A stretch of DNA of 32,000 bases from the NCBI RefSeq assembly GCF_900167395.1, contig NZ_FUWK01000018.1, positions 1 through 32,000 of the forward strand, in the 5' to 3' direction. The stretch is from Nitrosomonas europaea (lineage in GTDB: Bacteria; Pseudomonadota; Gammaproteobacteria; Burkholderiales; Nitrosomonadaceae). Position numbers and translations under genes: made by a program. Positions 1 to 9,247 of this stretch are shown here, in pieces; positions within the stretch are counted from its first letter, which is position 1, and each line of letters starts with the position of its first letter. The notes under the pieces are model-generated. The model was given only the letters and a program-made list of their open reading frames with translations. It ran no database searches and was not told the DNA's origin.

Positions 1-312
1 GCCGACAAAGGCTACCTCGCCCAGTGGCTCACTGAAGCACTGGACCAGCAAAACCTTCAACTCATTACTCCCCTCAGGAAAAACATGAGGCCTGTGCCTC
101 GTACCAGGTTCGAGAAAGTCATTCTGCGTCGCCGTTCCCTGATTGAAACCGTCTTTGATGAATTGAAGAATCTTTGCCAGATCGAGCATACCCGACACCG
201 CTCTCTCTTCAATTTTATCGTTAACCTAATGGCTGGTATCGTCGCTTACTGTTTGTCCGATAACAAACCAACTTTGAATCTGACCAGGGTCAACAGCCTG
301 GCTAAAGCTTAA
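1..312 (+). CDS. DDE transposase, C-terminal fragment (IS982-family-like). The ORF is open to the left window edge.
   Basis: Frame 1 is open from nt 1 (ADKGYLAQWLTEALDQQNLQLITPLRKNMRPVP...RRRSLIETVFDELKNLCQIEHTRHRS...) to TAA at 310-312. The ADKGY...TPLRKNM and R..IE..F..LK motifs resemble IS982-type transposase C-termini. The family call is from memory, not from a search. Confidence 0.75.
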   Translation, partial: ADKGYLAQWLTEALDQQNLQLITPLRKNMRPVPRTRFEKVILRRRSLIETVFDELKNLCQIEHTRHRSLFNFIVNLMAGIVAYCLSDNKPTLNLTRVNSLAKA

Positions 313-340
313 GGGCTTATCCCGAACTCAGGTTATCGGT
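1..340 (+). mobile_element. Right-hand end of an insertion sequence (partial). The outer boundary is only approximate.
   Basis: The transposase stop at 312 is followed within 5 nt by the stop codon of a convergent, apparently truncated response-regulator gene. The terminal inverted repeat cannot be defined because the other IS end lies outside the window. Confidence 0.5.
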
Positions 341-754
341 AGCAATCGCATTCGCCAGTTCCATTGCCAGCGCGGGTGTAATGTATTTCTGGCCGGATGC
401 CACCTGGCGGATCGCAACGACCAGTTGTGCCGGTGCGCTTTGCTTATTCAGATAACCGGCTGCACCTGCCTTGAGCGCCCGGATTGCAAACTCGTTTTCA
501 TTGTGCATGCTCAACATCAGCACTGCCAGATCCGGACACTCCTTCCTGGCTTGTTTGAGCACTTCGATCCCGTTTCGGTCCGGTAGTGAGATATCCAGCA
601 GCATCACATCAAACGCCTGCTGACGTATGATCCTGATGGCTTGAATGCCATTTTCCGCCTCTCCGGTCACGCTGATATCACCGGTCTCACTCAAAATCTG
701 CTTGAGCCCCTGGCGCACAATTGCATGATCATCAGTGATCATCACTTTTATCAT
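317..754 (-). CDS. NarL/FixJ-type response regulator with the receiver domain only. The LuxR-type HTH output domain is missing, so it is probably truncated by the adjacent IS.
   Basis: 145 aa. The acidic pocket (MITDDH), phospho-acceptor context (VMLLDISLPD) and the K in GYLNK are present. A NarL-family style linker (GQKYITPALAMELA) is followed by a stop after about 10 more residues, with no ...REREVL...TVK.H... HTH region. Confidence 0.8.
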   Translation of the reverse strand: MIKVMITDDHAIVRQGLKQILSETGDISVTGEAENGIQAIRIIRQQAFDVMLLDISLPDRNGIEVLKQARKECPDLAVLMLSMHNENEFAIRALKAGAAGYLNKQSAPAQLVVAIRQVASGQKYITPALAMELANAIATDNLSSG

Positions 755-773
755 AACCTCACTCCCATGCGCC

Positions 774-2270
774 TCAGTTCAACCTCGATTCCCGGCCGAC
801 TGTCGACTGACCATTGACCGGAATCCGGATCAGCACCTCGGTTCCCGCCAAAGGTCCGCCCTGGATATGAAACTGCCCGCCAAGCTGCTGACAGCGCTCG
901 CGCATACTGCGTATACCGAACGAGTTTACCTTTTCCATGTCCGGATTCGTAATGCCGCAGCCATTGTCTGTTACTTCCAGATAGACCTGACTGCCTGTTT
1001 CAGCCAGTTTTACCCGTACTTCCGATGCATTTGCGTGCTTGGCGATATTGGTCAGTGCTTCCTGGAAAATCCGGAAAATCGCCACGGCCAGATCACCATC
1101 CAGCGAGATATCTTCATAATCACACGCTACAGTACAGGAAACGCCGGTACGCTGATTGAACTCCCGTGCCTGCCATTGCACTGCAGCCACAATTCCGCAA
1201 TCGAGCACTCCCGGTCGCAGATCGAGCGCAATCCGGCGTGTGCTGTCGATTACCATATCGACCAGCGATTCTACCGCCTCGGCCTTGTTGCGATAAAACT
1301 CGGGCGTACGACTGGAATTATCCAGACAAGGTACCAGCTCACACTTGATTGCTGTCAAGGTTCCGCCGATATCATCGTGAATCTCGCGGGCAATTCGTGT
1401 CCGTTCCTGCTCCTTCGCCTTTTGTGAATAAGCCGAGAGCTCCTCCAGTTGCGCGCGCGAACGGGCGATTTCCAGTTCGATCTGCTTATTGCGCGTGATA
1501 TTCAGCATAATCCCATCCCACAGCACCGCTCCACGTGGTGTCCGGCGTGGCGTAGCTCGCAGGCTGATCCACTTGACATCCATATCCCCTTTTGCCTGGA
1601 TACGTCCTTCCCAGTTCCATGCTGAGAGATGTTCACACGAATCCTGCAACGATTGATCGTAACTTGCGACATCCGTCGCCACGATCAACCTGGCAAATGA
1701 GTTCGGTTTTTTCTGCAGATAATCGGGAGAAAGCCCGAGCAATGACCTGGAACCCTCGCTGACATAAGGAAAAAAAACGCTGCCATCCGATTCCAGTACA
1801 AACTGAAACACCAGTCCGGGCAGATTGGAAGCAATGGCACGAAAACGAGCCTCACTTCTTTCCAGTGCCAACTGCGCTTCGCGCAAGTCCCGTAAATGCC
1901 CGATATACCGCTGACATCCCCGGATTGTCGCCATCAGTTGTACCGGATCAGACTTCAGCAGTACATCCTGTACCCCCGCAGCAATCAAATGTGCCGCGGC
2001 CTGCTCATCCTGCCGGGAAACCAGCGCAATTACCGGCACATCCAGCCCCAGCCTCGCCAGTAAACCCAGCACCTGTGCCGCGCTCAGATCCGGCCGGTCA
2101 TCTGTCAGCACCAGATCCCATTCCTGCTGTTGCAACCTCCCCGGCAGCATATCTGCCATCGCTACACAATCCACTTTGGCTGACAATCCCCCTTGCTCCA
2201 ATAAATCACGCAGCCCCCCGGCTTCCGCTGCCGAATATCCGACCATCAGAATTGCAAGTGCCCCAACCAT
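774..2270 (-). CDS. Soluble sensor histidine kinase: N-terminal receiver-like domain, PAS, HisKA_3 and HATPase_c.
   Basis: 498 aa with no obvious TM segments. The receiver-like N-terminus (DLVLTDD, VIALVS, LLKSDP) lacks the N-terminal acidic pair. PAS-like region FRAIASNLPGLVFQFV...PYVSEGSRSLLG. H-box IAREIHDDIGGTLTAIK (NarX/UhpB type). N/G boxes EALTNIAKHA, VTDNGCGI, GIRSMRER. Its stop lies 19 nt upstream of the regulator start. Confidence 0.85.
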   Translation of the reverse strand: MVGALAILMVGYSAAEAGGLRDLLEQGGLSAKVDCVAMADMLPGRLQQQEWDLVLTDDRPDLSAAQVLGLLARLGLDVPVIALVSRQDEQAAAHLIAAGVQDVLLKSDPVQLMATIRGCQRYIGHLRDLREAQLALERSEARFRAIASNLPGLVFQFVLESDGSVFFPYVSEGSRSLLGLSPDYLQKKPNSFARLIVATDVASYDQSLQDSCEHLSAWNWEGRIQAKGDMDVKWISLRATPRRTPRGAVLWDGIMLNITRNKQIELEIARSRAQLEELSAYSQKAKEQERTRIAREIHDDIGGTLTAIKCELVPCLDNSSRTPEFYRNKAEAVESLVDMVIDSTRRIALDLRPGVLDCGIVAAVQWQAREFNQRTGVSCTVACDYEDISLDGDLAVAIFRIFQEALTNIAKHANASEVRVKLAETGSQVYLEVTDNGCGITNPDMEKVNSFGIRSMRERCQQLGGQFHIQGGPLAGTEVLIRIPVNGQSTVGRESRLN

Positions 2271-2555
2271 ATCTCTAGCCCCTTACCCGCCACCTGACCG
2301 GTAACCATTCCTCACCTTAACCGTCCCCTTATTAATTTTCTCCGATGTGGGAACAAGTAATTTGTAACAGTGATCATGATCCACCGGGCAAGTGTAACAC
2401 CGTAGCGTTTTTGTGAGTCACGTAGCAGACCTTCAGCCGTGAGCTGCGAACAAAGTGTAGTGAGTGGTGGGCAGTGTGATTCAGTACTTGCACCAGGACA
2501 AAAACCACTGTTTTTACAAGTCACGCGGTGGCATGGCATTCAGTTTTTGTGCCGG

Positions 2556-3389
2556 TTATTTTTGTTGATCAGTTGATTCGAGGGTGGGGTCGTGTTCTGC
2601 TAGGAGAGTTTCGTGTTCCAGGAATCGATCGAGTTGCTGCTGGATAGCGCGGAAAGCCGGATCTTCCGGGTTGCGGGGGCGAGTGAGTTCAATATCCATG
2701 ATTTCGGCAATGTGCCCCCGGGGAGAAGAGGCCATGAGGGCAATGCGGTCTGCCAGCATGAGTGCTTCGTGCAGGTCATGGGTGATCATCAGTATGGTGG
2801 CAGCGGAGTCGTTCCAGACACTTAACAGGTAACGCTGCATCATTCGGCGGGTTTGCATATCCAGCGCGGAGAAGGGTTCGTCCAGCAGCAGCAGCCGCGG
2901 CTTTGTAGCGATGGTTCTCGCCAGGGCGATACGCTGGCGCATGCCGCCGGAAAGTTGTGAAGGCTTGTGGCCGGAAAAGGATTCCAGTCCGACCTGTTTG
3001 AGATACTGTCGTGCGTGTTCCTGAGCATCGGATTTTGCCATTCCCTGATTACGTAGAGGAAAAGCGACGTTTTCTTCCGCCGTCATCCACGGGAACAGGT
3101 TGTGGGTCTGGAAAATCAGAGCAGTTGCGGGAGCGGGGCCCTGCAGTATCTGATTGTCGTAGCTGACACTGCCATGATCCGGAAAATCCAGCCCTGCAGC
3201 CAGGTTGAGCAGAGTGGTTTTTCCGCATCCACTACGACCGAGCAGTACAGTCAGACTGCCTGGTTCTATGGTCAGGTTGTCTGCTTCGACCGAAACGGTG
3301 TTGCCGAAGGATTTACGGATATTGCTGAATTCCAGCCGGGCGCCGACGGAATGAGTGGCTATATCATTCATGGAGTTTACTGTACCCAT
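2556..3389 (-). CDS. ABC transporter ATP-binding protein, NitT/TauT (nitrate/sulfonate/bicarbonate) family.
   Basis: Walker A GRSGCGKTT, signature LSGGMRQR, Walker B LLLLDEPFSALD, H-loop ITHD. Overlaps the upstream permease gene by 13 nt. Confidence 0.9.
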   Translation of the reverse strand: MGTVNSMNDIATHSVGARLEFSNIRKSFGNTVSVEADNLTIEPGSLTVLLGRSGCGKTTLLNLAAGLDFPDHGSVSYDNQILQGPAPATALIFQTHNLFPWMTAEENVAFPLRNQGMAKSDAQEHARQYLKQVGLESFSGHKPSQLSGGMRQRIALARTIATKPRLLLLDEPFSALDMQTRRMMQRYLLSVWNDSAATILMITHDLHEALMLADRIALMASSPRGHIAEIMDIELTRPRNPEDPAFRAIQQQLDRFLEHETLLAEHDPTLESTDQQK

Positions 3390-4213
3390 TGCAGCAGTCT
3401 GGCGTTTGCCAGCAGTAACAGGCGGTCGATGGCAAAGCCGATGAAACCGATGGCGAGAATACCGATCATCACCAGTTTCATGTTATACATCTGTTGTGCC
3501 ATGATGATCATGTAACCGAGACCGGAGTTGATACCGGCCATTTCTCCCGCCAGAACAGCCATCCATGCGCCGAAGAAGGACATGCGAATGGCAGTCATGG
3601 CACCGGGGGTAATGGCAGGTAGTCGCACGTGCCACCACATTCTCATGCGTGAAGTACCGAGGTTGCGGGCAATTTTCAGGTATTCAGCCGGAATACCATC
3701 CAGCGCAGCGATCAGCGATAGGGACATCGTTCCGAGTACCGCCATGAATACGATGAATACCGCAGCCTGACCGCCGATACCGATAACGGCGATGGTGAAG
3801 GGAATCCAGGCAACCGGAGCGATAGGGGCGAGTGACTGGACAATCGGCAGAACTAGCCGCCGTAGGAGAGGCAGTTCGATGACCATGACGGCCAGACAGG
3901 ATGAGACCAGAAGCCCGGCCAGCATACCGATGCCGACACGTGCAAGGGTGATGGCAGTGGCTTCGAACAGCCCGGTTCTCTGCTGACCGAAACCGATGCT
4001 GATATTGCCGGAGAAGGCATAGGGAATGGTTTCGCTGGGAGGAGGCAGGATTTGCGGATTCAGCCACTCCATATAAGAACCCAGCTCCCAGAGCAGGATG
4101 ATCAGCAGCCAGGCCAGGCAGAACCAGAGTAAGTTTGACTGGAGAATCAGCCGGACGAATCGGCTGATCAGTGTGATCTGCCGGTCGGGCCTGTCTGTGG
4201 AATGGGATTGCAT
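3377..4213 (-). CDS. ABC transporter permease, NitT/TauT family.
   Basis: 278 aa, multi-TM, BPD_transp_1-like EAA region (ALDGIPAEYLKIARNLGTSRMRMWWHVRLPAITP). Translationally coupled to its neighbours. Confidence 0.9.
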   Translation of the reverse strand: MQSHSTDRPDRQITLISRFVRLILQSNLLWFCLAWLLIILLWELGSYMEWLNPQILPPPSETIPYAFSGNISIGFGQQRTGLFEATAITLARVGIGMLAGLLVSSCLAVMVIELPLLRRLVLPIVQSLAPIAPVAWIPFTIAVIGIGGQAAVFIVFMAVLGTMSLSLIAALDGIPAEYLKIARNLGTSRMRMWWHVRLPAITPGAMTAIRMSFFGAWMAVLAGEMAGINSGLGYMIIMAQQMYNMKLVMIGILAIGFIGFAIDRLLLLANARLLQWVQ

Positions 4214-4217
4214 CGTG

Positions 4218-5294
4218 TCAGGCTGGCTGGTATTTCAGATCCAGAACAGTGTCGATGACATCCGGTTTGAGGTAACCCAGTTCGGCCAGATATTTTGCGC
4301 CCTGGCGCAGTCCGCCAATTCCCGCCTGGCTGATGACCGGGTTGGGGAACTGGCGTTTGAGTGCAACCGCTAAAATCGGCCGCGGTACGCCATAGATAGG
4401 TTGTAAATCATTCAGTACCGCCTCGTAATCTTCGCTAAAGGCACGGGCAGATTCCTGCAGTACCTTGAGGTAAGTTTTCAGTACGTCACGCTGCCGATCG
4501 ATGGTGTGGAGTTTGGTACTGACAACACAGTCTGCCGCTTCAGGTCCCCAGACCGAGTTTGAATCCGTCAGATAAACCGCTCCCTGTTCAGCGACGACAT
4601 GTTCGGCGTAAGGCTGTGCCAGTGTGCAGACATCCAGCGCCTTGTTGGCAATGGCTTCTCCCATTCCAACCATACTTGGGAAGAAGGTCATGCGGTAGTC
4701 GTCATAGGATTTGCCATGCTGCGACATCGTGCCGTATCCGACCAATTCCAGCGTATCCAGCCGCAAGGTTCCCACACGCAGTCCTTTGCCGGCGGCATCG
4801 ATGAATTCTTCTACTGATTTGACCGAGCCATTGCGTGCGACCAGCTCGATCCCGGCCTGGCCTGAGCCACCGATGATGCGCAAATCGGTGGTGCCGGCAG
4901 TGTAAGCGGCTGCGGTCATGGTCCACGGGCTATGGATCAGTTCGAGATTGTTGGAGACCAGTGCCTGCATGGAATCGGCAGGACTGTTAAATTGTGTCAG
5001 CACGACATTCAGCCCTGCCTTGCCAAACATGCCTCTTACTTTTGCCAGTAACAGATGAGAAACACAGCCTGCCGGTAAATGACCGACACGAATGGCGATA
5101 CCGCCCGCAGCGGCTTCTGCACGTGTGGCTGCGGCCAGCAGTCCTGCCCCGGCAGCAGTAACGTAGAACATTCCGCATCCGCAGGTGCACAGAAACCGGC
5201 GCCTGGTCGGGATGAACAGCGTATTGTCCGTTCGTGCGACTGCCGGAGCAGTAGTATTCCTTTTAGTCAGACGGCCAATGATGTTTTTGATCAT
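4218..5294 (-). CDS. ABC transporter periplasmic substrate-binding protein (NMT1/THI5-like fold) with a twin-arginine signal peptide.
   Basis: 358 aa. The N-terminus carries TRRRFL, then a hydrophobic stretch and AEA-A. The mature part resembles NitT/TauT-family binding proteins (IRVGHLP...VLTQFNS...). It ends 4 nt before the permease start. Confidence 0.8.
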   Translation of the reverse strand: MIKNIIGRLTKRNTTAPAVARTDNTLFIPTRRRFLCTCGCGMFYVTAAGAGLLAAATRAEAAAGGIAIRVGHLPAGCVSHLLLAKVRGMFGKAGLNVVLTQFNSPADSMQALVSNNLELIHSPWTMTAAAYTAGTTDLRIIGGSGQAGIELVARNGSVKSVEEFIDAAGKGLRVGTLRLDTLELVGYGTMSQHGKSYDDYRMTFFPSMVGMGEAIANKALDVCTLAQPYAEHVVAEQGAVYLTDSNSVWGPEAADCVVSTKLHTIDRQRDVLKTYLKVLQESARAFSEDYEAVLNDLQPIYGVPRPILAVALKRQFPNPVISQAGIGGLRQGAKYLAELGYLKPDVIDTVLDLKYQPA

Positions 5295-5589
5295 GACTGG
5301 GGATTCTCCATAAAAGTAGACTGATCATTCTCAGAAACGGATATTGTAATCGGAATTACCTGAAAAGCCAGCAGCATGAAGCAATCCGGCAGCAGCGGTT
5401 GGTGACGAAGGTACCGAGCCGCTACCCGTCACACCTTGTTCGTGATTCGCGATTGAAGATCCGCTGCAGCTTCCTCGCAATCGGGGGGGGCTCGGTGTCG
5501 TTCGTGAAGATGAAATTTCGGGTGGCGCAGCTTGTGACGAAAAATGGAGCTGCGCGGATTGCAAAAATGTGGTGGATAGGGGTCTGTCA

Positions 5590-6273
5590 TCAGACAGAGG
5601 TACTTCTGCCTGTGTGGTTAACGGTATCCGGTACCTTTGCGCCGTAGAAGGTACGATAGGTTTCTATCGCCGGGATATGGTGGACAAGGTCTTGCCGGGT
5701 GTGCAAATAAGCGATGATGTCGTCCAGCGTGATCAGGGAGATGACCGGTATATCATATTTATTTTTAATTTCCTGCAGCGTGGAGCATTCGCTTTTACCC
5801 TTTTCCATGCGATCGAGCGCGACCATGATGCCGCACGGGGTGGCACCGGCTGCGTGAATGAGTGTGATGGACTCCCCGACAGACAAACCCGCTGATACGA
5901 CATCGTCAACGATCAGGATACGTCCGGCCAGTGGAGCACCCACGATGTCACCTCCTTCTCCATGATCTTTGATTTCCTTGCGATTGAAGCTGAAGGGATG
6001 ATTATGTCCGGCCTCGGCAAGTGCGATGGCAATGGTACTGACTAACGGAATGCCTTTATAGGCCGGCCCGAACAGAGCATCGAAACGAATTCCGGAAGCA
6101 AGGATGGCCTGCGCGTAGAACTGGCCAAGTTGCTTCAGTGCAAAGCCATCGTTGAACAGGCCGGCATTGAAGAAGTAGGGCGAGGGCCGGCCTGCTTTGG
6201 TTCTGAAATTGCCGAAGCGCAGTACGTCATACTGGAGGGCAAAATCAATGAATCGCCACTGGAAATCTGACAT
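5590..6273 (-). CDS. pyrE: Orotate phosphoribosyltransferase.
   Basis: N-terminus FIDFALQYDVLRFGNFRTKAGRPSPYFFNAGLF and PRPP loop ILIVDDVVSAGLS are typical of PyrE. Confidence 0.95.
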   Translation of the reverse strand: MSDFQWRFIDFALQYDVLRFGNFRTKAGRPSPYFFNAGLFNDGFALKQLGQFYAQAILASGIRFDALFGPAYKGIPLVSTIAIALAEAGHNHPFSFNRKEIKDHGEGGDIVGAPLAGRILIVDDVVSAGLSVGESITLIHAAGATPCGIMVALDRMEKGKSECSTLQEIKNKYDIPVISLITLDDIIAYLHTRQDLVHHIPAIETYRTFYGAKVPDTVNHTGRSTSV

Positions 6274-6291
6274 GGGTATAGATTATATATT

Positions 6292-8562
6292 TCAGGAAAT
6301 GGCGGGCGATGCAATGTTTTCCTTGTCCTCGAATGTGAGACGGGCTTTGCCATCTTCGTCAATATCCACGGTTACTTTACCGCCATTGGCCAGATGGCCG
6401 AACAGCAGTTCATCAGCGAGTGCCCGGCGGATGATATCCTGAATAAGTCTTGCCATGGGACGGGCGCCCATCAGCGGATCAAATCCGTGGCGAGCGAGGT
6501 ATTTACGCAAATTGTCGGTGAATGTGACATCCACTTTCTTTTCTTGTAACTGTGTTTCGAGTTCGATCAGGAACTTGTCGACGACGCGCAATATGATATC
6601 TTCAGTCAGTGACGTGAACGAGATGATTGCATCTAGACGGTTGCGGAATTCGGGGGTGAACAGTCGTTTTATTTCGACCATTTCATCTCCGGATTTGGTA
6701 TGTTCGGTAAACCCGATCGATGTTCTGGTGAGCACATCGGCACCCGCATTCGTGGTCATGACGATGATGACGTTACGGAAATCGGCTTTGCGTCCGCTGT
6801 TGTCCGTCAACGTTCCATAATCCATGATCTGGAGCATGACGTTGAAAATATCGGGATGTGCTTTTTCAATTTCATCGAACAGCAGTACGGCGTGCGGTTG
6901 CTTGATGATGGTCTCGGTCAGCAGACCACCCTGATCGAATCCGACATATCCTGGTGGCGCGCCGATCAGTCTTGAAACGGCATGGCGTTCCATGTATTCG
7001 GACATATCAAAGCGATGCAGCGGGATTCCCAGTGTGTAGGCGAGCTGACGCGCAACTTCAGTTTTTCCCACGCCGGTGGGTCCGGAAAACAGGAAGGAGC
7101 CGATAGGTTTGCAGGTATTTCCCAGACCGCTGCGCGCCATTTTGATGGCAGATGTGAGCGCATCAATAGCTGCATCCTGCCCGAAAACGATGGCTTTGAG
7201 GTCACGATCCAGTGTCTTGAGTTTATTGCGGTCATCGCTGGATACGTTTTGTGGCGGTATCCGCGCAATTCCGGCGATGACCTGTTCGATTTCCTGGCGG
7301 CCGATAATTTTGCGCTGTCTGGATTTGGGCAGTATGCGCTGTGCTGCGCCAGCTTCATCGATGACATCGATTGCTTTGTCCGGCAAATGGCGGTCGTTGA
7401 TGAAACGCGCTGATAATTCAGCTGCGGCTGTCAGTGCAACCTCGGTGTATTTGACGTTGTGATGTTTTTCGTAACGGGATTTCAAGCCGCGCAGAATTTC
7501 CACGGTTTCACCGATATCAGGCTCGGAGACATCGATTTTCTGAAAGCGCCGGGATAAAGCGTGATCTTTCTCAAAAACTCCGCGGTATTCGTTGTAGGTG
7601 GTGGCACCGATACATTTCAACCGGCCCGAGCTGAGTGCGGGTTTGAGCAGGTTGGATGCATCCAGCGTTCCACCCGATGCGGCACCGGCACCGATCAGGG
7701 TATGAATTTCATCGATGAATAAAATGGCTTTGGGGTTATCGGTAAGCTGTTTCAATACGACTTTCAGCCGCTGTTCAAAATCACCGCGGTATTTTGTTCC
7801 GGCCAGCAATGCACCCATATCCAAGGCATAAACCTGGTGATTGGCAAGCACATCTGGCACTCGGTTTTCAGTAATCCTTCTGGCCAGCCCTTCAGCAATG
7901 GCGGTTTTCCCTACCCCTGCCTCACCCACCAGCAGGGGGTTGTTTTTGCGACGGCGGCATAGTGTCTGGATGACGCGCTCGACTTCCTTTTCACGTCCAA
8001 TCAGGGGGTCTATCCGGTTGGCGATTGCCTGGCTGTTCAGGTTGACAGTGTAATTTTCCAGTGTACTGCCTGAATCCTGCTGTTCACCATCAGCATTTTC
8101 CTCATTTTTTTCGGATTCACTGCTTTGCGCAGCCTTGCCTATCTTGTGGGAAATATAATTCACCACATCCAGCCGTGTTACCCCTCTTTGCTGCAGAAAA
8201 TAAACCGCATGTGAATCTTTCTCACCAAAAATCGCAACCAGAACATTGGCACCGGTTACTTCTTTCTTGCCGGAAGACTGGACATGAAGAATGGCTCTCT
8301 GAATCACTCGCTGAAAACCCAGGGTGGGCTGGGTGTCAACGTCTTCGGAACCTTCGACAACCGGAGTGTGACGGGCGATATGATCCTGCAAGGATTTGCG
8401 CAAATCTTCGATATCGACTGTACAGGCGACCAGCACTTTCGCAGCACTGGGATTATCCAGTAATGCCAGTAACAGATGCTCAACCGTGATGAATTCGTGG
8501 CGTTTCTGCCGTGATTCGACGAAAGCCATATGCAAACTTACTTCCAGTTCTTGCGCAATCAT
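6292..8562 (-). CDS. clpA: ATP-dependent Clp protease ATP-binding subunit ClpA.
   Basis: 756 aa. Clp_N repeat and two AAA+ modules (GEAGVGKTA and GPTGVGKTE Walker A motifs), with no ClpB-type middle domain. Sits immediately downstream of clpS. Confidence 0.95.
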   Translation of the reverse strand: MIAQELEVSLHMAFVESRQKRHEFITVEHLLLALLDNPSAAKVLVACTVDIEDLRKSLQDHIARHTPVVEGSEDVDTQPTLGFQRVIQRAILHVQSSGKKEVTGANVLVAIFGEKDSHAVYFLQQRGVTRLDVVNYISHKIGKAAQSSESEKNEENADGEQQDSGSTLENYTVNLNSQAIANRIDPLIGREKEVERVIQTLCRRRKNNPLLVGEAGVGKTAIAEGLARRITENRVPDVLANHQVYALDMGALLAGTKYRGDFEQRLKVVLKQLTDNPKAILFIDEIHTLIGAGAASGGTLDASNLLKPALSSGRLKCIGATTYNEYRGVFEKDHALSRRFQKIDVSEPDIGETVEILRGLKSRYEKHHNVKYTEVALTAAAELSARFINDRHLPDKAIDVIDEAGAAQRILPKSRQRKIIGRQEIEQVIAGIARIPPQNVSSDDRNKLKTLDRDLKAIVFGQDAAIDALTSAIKMARSGLGNTCKPIGSFLFSGPTGVGKTEVARQLAYTLGIPLHRFDMSEYMERHAVSRLIGAPPGYVGFDQGGLLTETIIKQPHAVLLFDEIEKAHPDIFNVMLQIMDYGTLTDNSGRKADFRNVIIVMTTNAGADVLTRTSIGFTEHTKSGDEMVEIKRLFTPEFRNRLDAIISFTSLTEDIILRVVDKFLIELETQLQEKKVDVTFTDNLRKYLARHGFDPLMGARPMARLIQDIIRRALADELLFGHLANGGKVTVDIDEDGKARLTFEDKENIASPAIS

Positions 8563-8563
8563 A

Positions 8564-8875
8564 TTATTCCTTCTCCATCACACACATGAGCGGATGCTGA
8601 TTTTGTCTTGAAAAATCATTGACCTGCTGTACTTTTGTCACTGCAATGTCACTGGGGTAGATTCCACAGATTCCCGCACCTTCGATATGAATTTTCAACA
8701 TGACCTTGGTTGCCATTTCTTCATTCATGAGAAAGAAATGGCGCAATACCTTTACCACGAAATCCATAGGCGTGAAATCATCATTGATCAGTATCACCTT
8801 GTATAGAGGGGGCGGATTCAACCTGGCTCTGCCCTTTTCGATGATACTTTCAGGATTCCGGTAATCTGCTGCCAT
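8564..8875 (-). CDS. clpS: ATP-dependent Clp protease adaptor ClpS.
   Basis: 103 aa, [20 protein letters not shown]... is the canonical ClpS core. Adjacent to clpA. Confidence 0.95.
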
Positions 8876-9108
8876 GGCTTACATTTTCCGATGTTTCATA
8901 TGTCTTATTTTATAAGAAAAAGATTTATTAGTACTTACTTCCATTAATTCTAACCGCTAATCCAGCTCACTCGGTATTTACGGCTGGTTTATCTCCCGAA
9001 GCCATAAGGGTCGATTACGACAAGGCCCTGGTTTTTCTTGAGCAGTTGGTTGGACAGTTAGCTGCCGTATTTTCCATCAGCAAGGATTTGACAGATCACA
9101 TCCATCGC

Positions 9109-9136
9109 TTGACTTGAGACATATTTTGCGTAAAAC
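9109..9136 (+). promoter_or_regulatory. Candidate sigma70 promoter for the csp gene (TTGACT-N16-TAAAAC).
   Basis: A -35-like TTGACT at 9109-9114 and a weak -10-like TAAAAC at 9131-9136 would give a 5' UTR of about 105 nt, long like those of other csp genes. Pattern match only. Confidence 0.3.
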
Positions 9137-9247
9137 TGCAACCGGCGTTTGGCTTCAAGTTTTCTGCAGCACTGGTTAGAGCCGTTTGCGGTCTTGAAAT
9201 TCAAATAGTATCAGGGTATCCGGCCCAGTTTTTTATAGGAAGTAGAA

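Noticed and set aside
735-1427. A 230-aa plus-strand ORF antisense to the histidine kinase.
   Set aside because: It sits in the exact codon-register antisense frame of a confidently assigned gene. In that frame, antisense stops arise only from the sense codons TTA, CTA and TCA, so long shadow ORFs are expected. No recognisable domain or motif.
2312-2539. A 75-aa Cys-rich ORF (MPCHRVTCKNSGFCPG...) in the 285-nt gap between the ABC ATPase and the kinase gene.
   Set aside because: No convincing RBS, no recognisable family, and the composition looks like non-coding translation. More likely a promoter or leader region for the kinase-regulator pair. Cannot be fully excluded without conservation data.
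5295-5589. A TPP (THI-box) riboswitch upstream of the NMT1/THI5-like binding protein, by analogy with thiXYZ HMP transporters.
   Set aside because: A CTGAGA occurs on the minus strand about 35 nt before the start codon. The rest of the conserved THI-box core (ACCTGATCTGGATAATGCCAGCG-like segment) is absent.
7845-7865. A sigma54-like TGGCAC-N5-TTTC match on the plus strand inside clpA.
   Set aside because: It is an imperfect -12 element (TTTC rather than TTGC), is antisense within a coding region, and has no downstream ORF.
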